This document shows positions 52,401 through 64,000 of a stretch of 64,000 nucleotides of DNA, in pieces; position 1 is the first letter of the stretch, and each line of letters opens with the position of its first letter. The position numbers were made by a program, and so were the translations under genes. The notes under the pieces were generated by a model. It was not told the DNA's origin. It made no database searches and saw only the letters and a program-made list of their open reading frames with translations. Source of the stretch: Azolla caroliniana (taxonomy: Eukaryota; Plantae; Polypodiophyta); NCBI GenBank assembly GCA_043228905.1, contig JBHGNT010000014.1, forward strand, positions 930,001 to 994,000. The letters are read 5' to 3'.

Positions 52401-53604
52401 TTTGGTCGGTCTCCTTAGCCAATTCATGCAAACTCCGCGAGATATCCATTTCGATTGCGCTAAGCAAGTATTACTATATGTGAGCGGCACAATGGATTAC
52501 GACATCCTTTACACATCGGCCACACTACTTTGACTCGAAGGGTACACGGATGCCGACTGGGACGGATACAAAGTTGATCGACAATCGACCTCTAGATTTG
52601 TCTTCTCGCTCGATAGCGGAGCAATATCTTGGAGTAGTAAGAAGCAACCTACCGTCACACTTTCGAGTACGGAGGCCGAATACAGGGGTGCAACCGTAGC
52701 TACATGTGAAGCCGTATGGCTCAAGAGGATTTTGAAGGATCTAGGCGTTCCCATCAAGGATCTGACTCCCATTTACTGCAACAACATGAGCAATATATAT
52801 CTGGCTCGGAATCCGGTGTTCCACGCATGCACAAAGCATATCGAAGTGCATTACCACTTCATTCGAGAGAGTGTTCAAGTCGGAGATGTCGATCTTCTAC
52901 ACATCAACACGAATATTCAGACAACCAACATCTTCACCAAGGTCCTAAGAGCTGACAAGCTTTGGCAATTCATATCAGATCTTGGATTGATGATCCTTGA
53001 TTTGCCAAGCTTGAGGAGGAGTACAAGCGAGAACCGGATACTGTCCGAACCGGGTACGAGCCGAAGTGGACACCGGATATCGTCTGAATCGGATACCAGC
53101 CGAAGTGGACATTAATCGAAAGGAACCAACCCAAGTTGAGCTTCAGGGGGTGTGTTGAGAATCAAGCTCAACATAGTGCAACGTGTGAACACACCTTTTG
53201 AGAATCTATGATTACTCAAAGTTCAAGAGTCACACCACTACTCTCTACACGTTAACTACGTGTCATAGAATCATATTCTATGACACATAACTAATGATTT
53301 ACATATTCCCCGTGACTATGAGTCTTCACATTCCCCAAGAGAGAGTGGTTGTTGTAGCTAGTTAATGAAGAGAGAGTGTGACTATATATAAAGCACCCTC
53401 CTGATACTTCATATTAGGTCGGTTGTGACTCCTTGTAATGCTACATTTTTGTAATTCTTATTCTCCTTGTGAATATACACCTTCTTATTGAGTATTCCTT
53501 TTTCTATCTATCTTGTGTTCTCTCATCTCTCCTCTAATTCCTCTCACACGTACACATAACACACATATCTTCCGCCACACAAGAATCATACCTGATTCTT
53601 TACA
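49468..53604 (+). mobile_element. 5'-truncated copia of the same family as 26783-32309; 3' LTR 53153-53604
   Basis: Colinear with 27992-32309. The LTR runs TGTTGAGAATCAAGCTCAAC to GATTCTTTACA. Many stops. Confidence 0.92.
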
Positions 53605-53719
53605 TGTCTCATAGGTCATATTTCACCTCCAAGTAAAGTTCTTGAACTTCGAGAGTCACTACTCACTTTCACATGCATCGCATAAAATGTAGTCTCATAG
53701 GTCATATTTGACCTCCAAG

Positions 53720-53840
53720 ATTCGAAACCCAATTTCCTCACCTCTTTATTACTCCATAGATATCGCTTATTTCACTAAATGTCATTGTGGAATGTAGGGG
53801 TTGAACCCATGATCATCTAGTCTTTACCAACTGAGCTACA

Positions 53841-53843
<3 letters not shown>
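53720..53843 (-). mobile_element. tRNA-derived SINE-like repeat
   Basis: The minus strand reads GGATGTAGCTCAGTTGG...GGGTTCAACCCCTACATTCC (A and B boxes). A similar body lies at ~55590-55692. Confidence 0.5.
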
Positions 53844-53908
<65 letters not shown>

Positions 53909-53911
<3 letters not shown>

Positions 53912-55072
53912 TTTTATTCATCAGATACATAGCCAACCACAAGATAGGATATCCCATCGAGCCTTTGAGGCATCTCAATCCCTACATGCGTCTGGAGACA
54001 CTAGCTCTTGGTATAACACTGTGGTGAGTTGGTTACTTGCAACCGGCATAGACATTAATAACCTATCCCCCTTAAGTACAACCATTGGATTGACCAAACT
54101 CTAATATCTCATGAAGACTGTAATAAAGTGATACACCAAGAAATATGGCAAATTTACACTCGATATAAATGGATCACCCCACGAGAGCCACTCCCATCTA
54201 AAATGTTGTACCATAAGGAACACTTATTGCACTTCTCTTAGTTAGGTTTTATTACACGACCAAGATATGTAGGTACATTCTTATCAAATGCTCTCACCAA
54301 TTTGAGATTGAGAATGGTCAGGCTAATAGAGTCCCTAGGGAGGAAAGACTATGTAGGTTGTGCCACATAGAGATAGAGAATGAGTATCACTTCACTTGCA
54401 AGTGCCCAACTTATGCCGAGATACGAGTGGAATACCAAGACATATTAGGACCCTCTCCCACCCTCTCCAAACTATTAGATACCCCAGATGTAAAGAGACT
54501 AGGTAGGTATATCTTAGAGCTAAAACAACATAAGGAGAATAAATTACAAAGTGTTAACCATAACCCTTTTACTATTCATCAACTTGTAACTAGTGCAAAA
54601 TTTCAGGAACAAGGGGAGACGATGAATGTGGATACACTTACGCCGCTCGACCTCTCTATTGAGGAAACTGAAACGCAAAGAACAACCAAACGCCCTCGGA
54701 TGTTGGGCTTCAAAACAATTCGACACGGAGTAGAAAGGATTAAGAAGATAAGGGAATGTGAGCTACGTCGACTAGAAGCTATGGTTGGGGTACCTTTTAT
54801 ATTGGGGCCACGGGCCACATCCACATCGAAACCCTTTGACCTCCCGCTTCTCTTCGAGAGACTTGGATGGAAATGAAATTAGGCCTAGTATAACATTATT
54901 TTCATTGTAGAACATGTTTGTTATTTTATTTTACTAGAACTATTTAGCTTAAAACTCTATTTTTATTTTTATTTTTTACTTTTGATGAATGGGTAAATAT
55001 CCCATTTTTTGTTGTAAACCATTTGTTTCATGGGCCAATTTTGGCCTTAGAAGACGTTAATATATCTTTCTT

Positions 55073-55110
<38 letters not shown>
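53909..55110 (+). mobile_element. 3' fragment of a non-LTR retrotransposon (LINE)
   Basis: C-terminal motif IENG...EERLCRLCHIEIENEYHFTCKCPTY, then a 3' UTR ending in a (TTTC)/(CT)n tail. Confidence 0.75.
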
Positions 55111-55310
55111 CATAAATCCATGTTTGTATTAAAAACAATATGATAATACAGAATCTTGCTACCTCAACGACTTCATCAGTAGCAATATGACATTAACGCA
55201 AACCCTATTAGGTGTTGTAATACTCAATGACATATATCTACCTCTTCTTGGTACAACCTTCCTGTACGACATAGTTGCAAAATTTGCCGAATCAAGTTTC
55301 CTTTAGTCTA

Positions 55311-55515
55311 CAAATTTGTTGTGGCACCCTATGGTGTTCATCAAACAAGAACCCATTTCACACGCTCCAATTATACCACAAATTTGTTGTGGCACCCTAT
55401 GGTGTCCATCAAACAAGAACCCATTTCACACGCTCCAATTATACCACAAATTTGTTGTGGCACCCTATGGTGTCCATCAAACAAGAACCCATTTCACACA
55501 CTCCAATTATAGCAC
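55311..55515. repeat. 68-bp tandem repeat, three copies
   Basis: CAAATTTGTTGTGGCACCCTATGG... starts at 55311, 55379 and 55447. Confidence 0.92.
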
Positions 55516-56767
55516 ACCCCTCATCTCTCCCTCCCTCCCTCTCTCTCCCTCTCTTGATTTGTAAGTTGTTAGGCTGCTAATCCTAGGTCTTGGGTTCAAA
55601 ACACAACACTCTCACCTCTCTATTACTCCATACGTATTCTTTTAATTGACCAATGATGTGGAATGTATTATGTAGGGTTGAACACATGACCTTGTGTGTG
55701 TGTGTGTGTGTCTCTTTGCTAGTTCATATGAAGGAAAAGAATGGGGGACCATTTTAAGAGTTTCTAGAAAGTCTAGGGGTATTTTGTGGAATTTCCTAAA
55801 ACAAAAAACAGGGTAGGGGTATGAAAGAAGCATCATTCAAGGAAAAAGCTTTTGTGCCTCTCTGTTTTCTTCTTCTTCTTCTTCTTCTTCTTCTTCCTTC
55901 TTCTTCTTCTTCTGCTCTCTCTCGTCCTAAATTCAGAACAGTGGCCATGTCGAATGATACATGAAAGATCGCATCCTAGAGAGCTCGGTCCAGAAACCCA
56001 TTTGCAAGAAAAGAATTGGGCACCTCTCAGACTAGAAAACATCCCCTCTCTTTTGTACTTGCACTGATCGATCTTCTTCTGTTGGTCTTCTTTTTAAGTT
56101 TCACTGATCTCCATCACGTCAGTCTGAACAAAGGACGTTGGAGATGTACATGGATATGTAAAGATGAGGTTCTAGAGCTCGATTCAGGAACCCTATTGGA
56201 AAAAAAAAAATTGGGTTTTTCTCAGGATTGCAAATATTTCATCATTTTAATCAAATCAATCGATATTCTTTTATTGTTTCAGCGCCATCAGGTTAGTCTT
56301 GGAAAAGAAGCTAGCGCTTTTATTGATCTTTTATTAAAAGTTGCACTATGTTAGGCTCGTTTGGAGGCCTTTTTTCCTCATCTACCTATACGTCTTTCTC
56401 AATTCCTCTTCAGTATACTGTTAGGGGATACTAGGATTAATGCATGCACTTAATTCTTCTTTATACGGTTTTGAATTCGGTTACTGAGGAATTCATACCA
56501 TTTGCGGTAATTATAAATGATAGCTTAGGATTTTTATTATTAGTTTTAAATCTAATATTATAATTATCATTTTTGTGGATTGTCTGTCAATTAGGTCATC
56601 ACTGAAGTGATTTTAAACTATAGCTCAATATTCTTGTTATTTTTTGTTTCAAACTAATCTATTTCTTTCAGTTCAACATTGGTTTAATGTTGGATAATTT
56701 GAAGATTTGGAGGTCATAAATGTACTGAAATCGAAGATATGCATATTCGTTATCTATAGGTATTTAT

Positions 56768-59700
56768 ATGGCTTCAAATTTTTTCGATCACCAAATCATT
56801 TGGAAATCACTATGGTGCTTGGTTCTTATGTTTCTTTTTCAATCTGTGATGGCGGGAAGAGGCAAGTTTCAAACCATAGAAATCCTTTGTTCAAATTTAG
56901 GCTGACAATGTCTCTTCCCTAAGAATGTTGTTTTTTTTGTTTTGAAATCAGGGCTCAAAATATCTGATGAACCAGATGAAGATTTTCAATACGATCATAA
57001 TCTCACTGAAATTCTTGTTGAATATGCTTCTGTGGTAAGCGCTTTGTTTTTTATTCTCAAAACTCCTGAAATATTTTGTTATCTCATTTTTGGAAATATT
57101 CCTTTATTTTATTAACTTGCAAATGTTTAGGATTTTTTGAGTCAACACAAAGAGGATTAACATCTGGACTCAAAGATATATTATATTTATATCCATATAA
57201 GCACATTCAATCTATAAATGCAACTCAGATATAAATTTAAATGCTCAGAAAAATGAATAGAATTGACATAGTTGTATCTCATCATAAATGTAAGAGATAT
57301 TGTATAAACAAAATTAACAGTAAAACTGAGGCACATCTTTAGTATGTCCCTCATTGAATATCCTGACCAAAAGGGTTACAATATTGTCCAAAGATTTGTA
57401 TGGTGGGAAATGGTGAATTTTATCATTTTTTAGATACCAAGGTTATGGAAGAGGTTCCGGAGGTCGTGGCTGTTATTTGTGACAGACAAAGACATAGCTC
57501 TTTTCAGGTGATGGACCTCTAGGGTGCTCTGAAGTACAGCCATGTGTGGTATGAAGAAGTCAGTGGCTGTTCTTTGTCTGGCTGGGTTGGAATGTCTCTT
57601 GTCCCCTGGATGTGGATTTACTTCTCAAGAATTTCTCCGGGTCACGTTGATGTTTGAGCAAGAAGATTTCTAGGCGTATTTCATTAAGTCCATAATTTCA
57701 TGTAAGGGTTCAAAACTTTCCATAAAGAGGCAACAATATCTTCACCTTGCATTACAGAAAACTAGGCAATGGCATATATGGTGCTCAGTTTCAATGTCCC
57801 AAGAGCATAGCTGGTAGAGGTTGTCCTTTGGCGCCATTTATTCCTGTCTCTATCTGCAGTTGGAGGAACACTTAGGAGTCACCCAAGTAAAGTGAAAACT
57901 CTTAAAGGGTCAGGAATGATGTCAATAGGGCTGAGGAACACTTAGGAGTCACCCAAGTAGAGCAATGGCTCAAAAGATAGAGAGAGAGATAGTTGGAGGA
58001 GCTCACCTTTGAAGTGAGATCCAAAACGTTCTTAACTTAGGTTTTATATGACCCATTTAGGGTTGGCTAAGTTCACATTGAACTTGGCCCAAAAATAACG
58101 AAAAAGTGATAAGTGACTTTTGGCCTTTATAAATACGCCTATACAAATGCACACACTATAAGGGGGTCATGTAGGGCCTCTACCCCAACAAACTCTCCAA
58201 TTTTGTGACATATATGGTGTGAGAAAGAAAGAAATATTAACGTCTTCTAATACCAAAATTGGCCCATGAGAATTGGTTACAACAAAATGAGATTTTGATC
58301 CAATCATCGAAAATAAAAATAAAATAAGCGTAGATAAAAGAGTTTTTTAGTATGGTACCAAAAATGTTATGGTGTAACATATTCTATTGAGGAAATGGCT
58401 ATGTGCTAGGCCTAGTTTCATTTCTATCCAAGTCTCTCAAAAAGGAGTGGGAGGTCAAAGGGTTTTAATGCGGGTGTGGCTCATGGTCCCGATGTAAAAG
58501 GTATCCCAACCATAGCTTCTAGCTAGTGTAACTCACATTCCCTTATCTTCTTAATTGCGTTTGCAAAATGAGTGACTTTGAGGCCCGGTATTCGAGGGCG
58601 TTTGGCTGTTCTTTGGTTTTCTGTTTCGGCGAGGGTGAGGCTGAGTGGTGTAGGTGTGTCCATGCTCATCATCCCCGCTTGTCCCTGAAAAATTTCATTG
58701 GTTATATGTTGGTGAATATTAGAAAGGTTATAGTTAACATTTTGTAGCTTATCCTCTCAGTTGTTTTAACTGTAGGGTATACCTACCTAGTGTCTTTATA
58801 GCTGCAGTATCTGATAGTTTGGAGAGGGTGGGAGAGGGTCCTCGTATGTCTTGGTGTTTTGCCCTTATCTCAATGTAAGTTGGACACTTGCATGTCAAGT
58901 GATACTCATCCTCTATCTCTATGTGACATAATCTACATATCCTTTCCTCTCTGGGACTCCATTAGCACGACCATTCTCAATCTCAAGTTGGTGAGATGAT
59001 AGTAAGTTGTCCAATGGTAACCCTTAGTGCATTGGTAAGAACGTATCTAGATATTTTGGCCGTATAATAAAACCTAACATAAAAAATTGCATGAAGTGTT
59101 CTTTATAGTGCAACATTTTAGATGGGATTGGCTCTAGTTGATCCATTTATGTCGAGTGTAAATTTGCCATATTTCCTGGCATATTACTTTATGATGGTTC
59201 TCATGGGAGATTAAGTTTTATTGGTCTCGTGGTTGTACCTAAGAGAAGGTCAGTTATTAATGTCTAGGCCGTTTGCAAAAAGCCAACTTACCACAATGGT
59301 GAGAGATAGGCATCCATGTAGTTGAGGGTGGTTGAAAAACCCATCTGATGATATTTGTAGGAAATTATTCTTGTAATGTTCCAAGCTTGTGCCTATGGGG
59401 AGCGGTGAATTCAGTTTTATATGATTGAGGTCCAAAAAGGAGCAATTAAGGTTCTATTAGAAGGGTGGAATACTGTCAATTTCCATGCTATTAAGTGTTA
59501 GCCAGGCACTCAATTGTACATACCAACACTGAAGTGGTGGGTTCATCCAAATCCATTCTGTACCCAGTTTCATAATGTCCATATTGATTACATGATTCAG
59601 ATCTATGAGGTTTAGATCTAAAAAGGATAGTCAAGGCTGTATTGGAAGGGAAGGAGGTGATTGATTTTGCCATGGAGTTTTAACTAGATACACAAAATAT

Positions 59701-62700
59701 ACATACTAATATCAGGGATGTGTTTCTCTTGCTAGCCTCTTTGATGTCTTAAGATGAGGTGGGTGTATCTTTGGTGGGGGATTCACACAGTCTCTCCAGA
59801 ATGTTGATCACTTGAGGAAAGGGCTTCAAGGTTCAATTCAATGTTGTAGTTCCTAGTTCTTCCTTGATAATTTCATGTGGGATTGATGCCTTTCTTTTGA
59901 TCATGGTGTTTTTATCATCAAATATCTCTGTAGGGGTCGCCACTTGTTATCCGAAACTTATTACTCTTTAACTTATTGCATAATTATGTGAGAAAAGCTG
60001 TTAATAGCAGTAGTGGAACAGTTAGAAAAAATAGACACAGCCAAGCTGTGAGAAGGCTGTTAGACAGCAGTAGTAAAATAGTTGCAAAGAGTAGAGACAC
60101 AACCAAAGAGTAGAGCCTGTTTGCAAGCATCAGCAAAAAATAAAGTTCTTACAAAAGAGGCTGGTATAGCCTATTTATAGAAAATTGGGGAATGTCGGTG
60201 AAATGGTTGTTTGGTAGTTAAGTGACTCTTGTACTACCAAACATGTACAATAAACAAGGAATAAGAGGGAACATCTTAAGAAAGTGGCAGAGAGAGAAGG
60301 CATTTAAAGAGTTTCAGATTCTAGAAAGCGAAGAATCTAGGAAGAAAGAAATGTTAACGTCTTTTAAGAGGCCAAAATGGCCTATAAGACCAAGCAAGAG
60401 ATTACATCGTAAGTGTTGTCTCGTCTTTGAGAACTACAAATCAAAATAAAATAAAAATTACTCAGCAAATATAAAAGTAAATAAGATAAAAAGAGACAAA
60501 AGAATCTGGTTTCTGGCACATGTGAGATTCTCAAGGTAGATATATTATAACTTTTCTCTTCAAAAGATCTCTAGTATAGGTTGATCCAGAATGAAAAGGT
60601 CTCCGAAGCGACGGAAGCACCTGAGATGGCGGGAGATAATGTAGAAGAGAGATAATAAAGATGAAAGAGAGTGCATGTCTAGAGCTGTCACTCTCCAACA
60701 CCTCCTCTTAGCTCCAGAATGGCGGTCCAACATTAAGTCGACCGAGGAGCTGATCAATTGCTTGCCTTGGAAGTGTCTTAGTAAACAAATCAGCCACATT
60801 TTGTTGAGTAGGACAATATGCCAAGTTGATGACATGTGATTTCACTAATTCACGAACAAAATGGTAGTGAACAGCAATATGTTTTGTTCTACCATGAAAT
60901 GCTAAGTTGTGTGCCATTGCGTGGGCACTTTGGTTGTCAGTGGAAACTTCAATAGGAGATTCTTGCAAAACACCAATTGACAAAACAGTTGCATTAACCA
61001 AAGCAACTCACAAGAAGTATCCAAATAGGCTCGATATTCAGCATTCTTAGATGAAGTAGAAACCAAAATTTGCTACTTTGATTTCCAAGAAATTAAGCCT
61101 TAGCCTAACATAAAACAATAGCTAGATGTGGAAATTCACCTTCCCTAATCAGTGTCTGAGAAGCCAACAAGCTCAATGCTGCCTCTAAAAGAGAGACCAT
61201 ACTCTATTGTGTTGGCCAAATACCTTAGAAATCAAATAGCTGCTTGCCAATGCTTTTGTCTTGGAGCACTTGAGAATTGGCTGAGAATACTCACACTATA
61301 GGACAATCATACGTGGTGTAAGTTAAGTAAAGAAGAGACCCAATTGCAATTTGACATGCCATAGGTCTCAAGGAGCTACATGAGATACCTATGTTGGCTA
61401 AGGAAGATACCATCATGTGATTGATAGACCTCCATACCTAAGAAGTAATTGAGAAGTCCTAGATCAATCATTTCGAATGTGGTTTTGAGGTGTGGAGCTC
61501 CTCGATTTTAGATGCAAGGAACCCTGTCATTAGAAGGTCATCAACATACAATATGATCAAGCATAACAAATTATCTTGGAAAAAGACATAGAGATTGATG
61601 TCAGCATAACAATGCGGAAACCCAAGAGAGAGAAAGAATGTATCAATTTTGTCATGCCAAGCTTTGGGAGCTTGCTTTAAGCCATACAAGGCTTTGTGTA
61701 ACTTGTAGACCATTGTTTCTCACTCTGAAATCCCGAAACCTGGAGGTTGTTCTACATAAACTTCCTCTTTCAAGTCACCATTAAGGAAGGATGATTCTAG
61801 AGTGATAAGAATCTAGGAAGAGAGAGAATGTAGAGAGAGATAATAAAGATGAAAGAGAGTGCAGGTCTGGAGCTGGCACCCTCCAACAAATTATACACAA
61901 GACTGAGTATAATATTAAGAATCTCTATATCATATGCATAATTCAGCTCAGATTCCTTGTCAAGTTTTTGGGCTATCTCAATACATGTTCATCAAGGGTC
62001 AATAGTCGTGTCCAATTGTGTCACCAAGTGTTAAAAGACACATCAAATCATGGTTTGCCAAGTGTTAAAGAGATACAACCAACAATAGTTGCCATGTATT
62101 AGAGTTGAGCCATCTATGCTTCTCTGCCGTTGTGATGACACCCATCTCTTGGTTCATCTTCATACATTTAAGGTACATCTTTGTCCATTGGATCTTTCCC
62201 ATCTTTATGATCCACATGTCCTCTATGCAGTGCACATCTCGTGGAATGCAGATATTTGGATTTGGGACAAGTTTTGAAACCAGACTCTTGGGCATTCGTG
62301 TAACTTGTGCCAGCTTCCATGGGATTGATGCTGATCTGGCAAAATTATAGTGTAGAATTCCTAGATTCAGGTTCAAGGATTAGAAATGGTGATTGGGTGG
62401 GAGAGGAAACACTAAAGATGCAGAGACAGAAGGAGAAGTTGAGACAAGAATGTATAAATCTTGCAGAAACAGCAAGCACAAAGGAAGAGAGTGGCAATGA
62501 GAAGTTGATGAAAGGATGCACACCTAGAAAGCAGGTCTGGTGAAAGCTATGAAATGCAGAAATGTACCTGGAGAGACATTCTAGACATAGAGAAGGTCTG
62601 GGAATAATCAGTGCCCTTTTTGAGTGCAGTACTAGTGCAACATATCATGTACATTAATATTCGCAACACGAAAAACTAATCTTAAACAGATAAATACAAC

Positions 62701-63807
62701 TTTACACGCTCTTTTCCCCAATTGTAATATGATGTTTAGGAATCCCCAAATTTCATTCATGCAGTACAGATTTGAAAGTACACGGCAACCATGAACGCTT
62801 TGGATGGAAATGGTGAGCATTATAGGTTCACACAAGGAAGATGTCTTTAACATTTGACGTCATGCTTAAGGATTTCTTATCCAATGAGTGCAACAGAAGG
62901 ATCGTTGATATTTTGGATTTGATGTATTTTTTACGGAAACTAAAATGGAGTTAATTGTGAATCTGTATATCAGTTGAAAGGAGGAGGCCAAGAGACTCAT
63001 TTTGGCAACACAATAAGGTCTAAGCAGAGAAACTAAATGCAGATCTTGGCAAGAACAAGCATTTTTTGTACTGAGGGATTGAATGAATATAATGAAAAGA
63101 AGATATTGTCAAAAGAATACCCTGCTCGATATCCAATTCCATGGGTATATGTTGGAAAATTGTCCTGAGATTTATGGTTTGTTTTGTACACTCTAGTTAC
63201 TGAGATTTTCCGCAAACACCTTCTCTAAGAGAGTTTTGGCACACATTGCATAAATAATTTATCTGATATTTAACCAAACTGTTCACTCTCTTAAGTGCGA
63301 GACAGCTGTTTTTTTGAAAAGCCACATACAATCCAAAGAATGACTATACTTCAAATCGATCCCAAAGAATTATTATGGTTGTATTGTTTTATCGCAGATG
63401 TCGTACTTTCTATGACTGAACTGCTGAGAATTTACCTTAACAATTTTAGGATAGGATTACAATATATAGTCGTCGTCTCTATACAGTCTCTGATGTGCAT
63501 AAACAATTTGGTTAGTTTTTTTGTTTGTAAATTACTAGGGAATCAAATCATCTTTTTTTGCAGGTATATGTTAACGATTTGGATTCTCTTATTTCTTGGA
63601 ACTGCACAAGGTGCAATGGCCATACCAAGGTAACAATTCATCAGATCTAATTGGCGATGTGGCGCATCTTTCACCGTTGATATCTTGATGTGTTCTCATG
63701 GTGGATTAGGCACAGTTGGAGATAATCATCATGATTGATTATATATTACTTTTTTGCAGGGATTCAAGATGACAGAACTGGTTGTCGATGTACAACACTG
63801 TCTTCAG
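56768..63807 (+). CDS. Class-3 (alpha/beta-hydrolase) triacylglycerol lipase, first four coding exons; continues beyond the window
   Basis: Exons 56768-56861, 56952-57034, 63564-63629 and 63760-63807 splice in frame to MASNFF...LVLMFLFQSVMAGRG-LKIS...YDHNLTEILVEYASV-VYVNDLDSLISWNCTRCNGHTK-GFKMTELVVDVQHCLQ. This resembles the N-terminus of plant Lipase_3 proteins as recalled. Confidence 0.85.
58220..59925 (-). mobile_element. LINE 3' fragment of the same family as 53909-55110, inverted and intronic
   Basis: The reverse complement gives SSHQLEIENGRANGVPEEERICRLCHIEIEDEYHLTCKCPTY-like sequence and the same 3' end (AGAAGACGTTAATAT plus TTTC). Confidence 0.75.
59987..61888 (-). mobile_element. 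Internally deleted copia in lipase intron 2
   Basis: TSD AATTA (59982-59986, 61889-61893). 3' LTR at 59987-60700 with PPT; only ~90 bp of 5' LTR remain (61796-61888). RT (ILYVDDL) and RH remnants are present. Confidence 0.82.
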
Positions 63808-64000
63808 GTATGGATGGAATTTACTTTTCTGAGTTTTATTTGTTGGCAAAACTGTATATGGGTGAGATAACTCATTGTAGTCTATAGGCATACGTAAATA
63901 CAAATTTTTGTCATATAATATGCGTTATTTAAGTGGGTACTCTAACGCTCATATGGGGAAGCTATAAAGTGATAGAATATGTTTCTTGTGTGGGTAGTCA

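Noticed and set aside
53789-53843. Functional tRNA gene
   Set aside because: Too short, with no anticodon arm.
55311-55515. CRISPR-like array
   Set aside because: The units are contiguous with no unique spacers, and the context is eukaryotic.
62040-62630. Possible gene fragment in the lipase intron
   Set aside because: Short broken frames with no motif I can identify.

Overview
Repeat-rich land-plant nuclear DNA, probably a fern or another non-seed plant (inferred from long (CT)n/(TATGTG)n tracts and TE-filled introns). The left half (1-37 kb) is a mosaic of local duplications. It holds two intact intronless GDSL esterase/lipase genes and one deleted copy, separated by a stack of nested Ty1/copia elements, solo LTRs, a fold-back LTR structure and a non-coding LTR element. 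That element has tRNA-Arg primer-binding-site (PBS)-like motifs on both strands at both inner LTR edges, the most unusual signal seen here. The right half holds a degraded plastid psaB insertion (NUPT), a ~17-exon RAD16-like SNF2/RING helicase gene, a truncated copia, LINE and SINE fragments, and the first four coding exons of a class-3 lipase. All boundaries, TSDs and splice sites were read by eye; family names rest on recalled motifs, not database searches.
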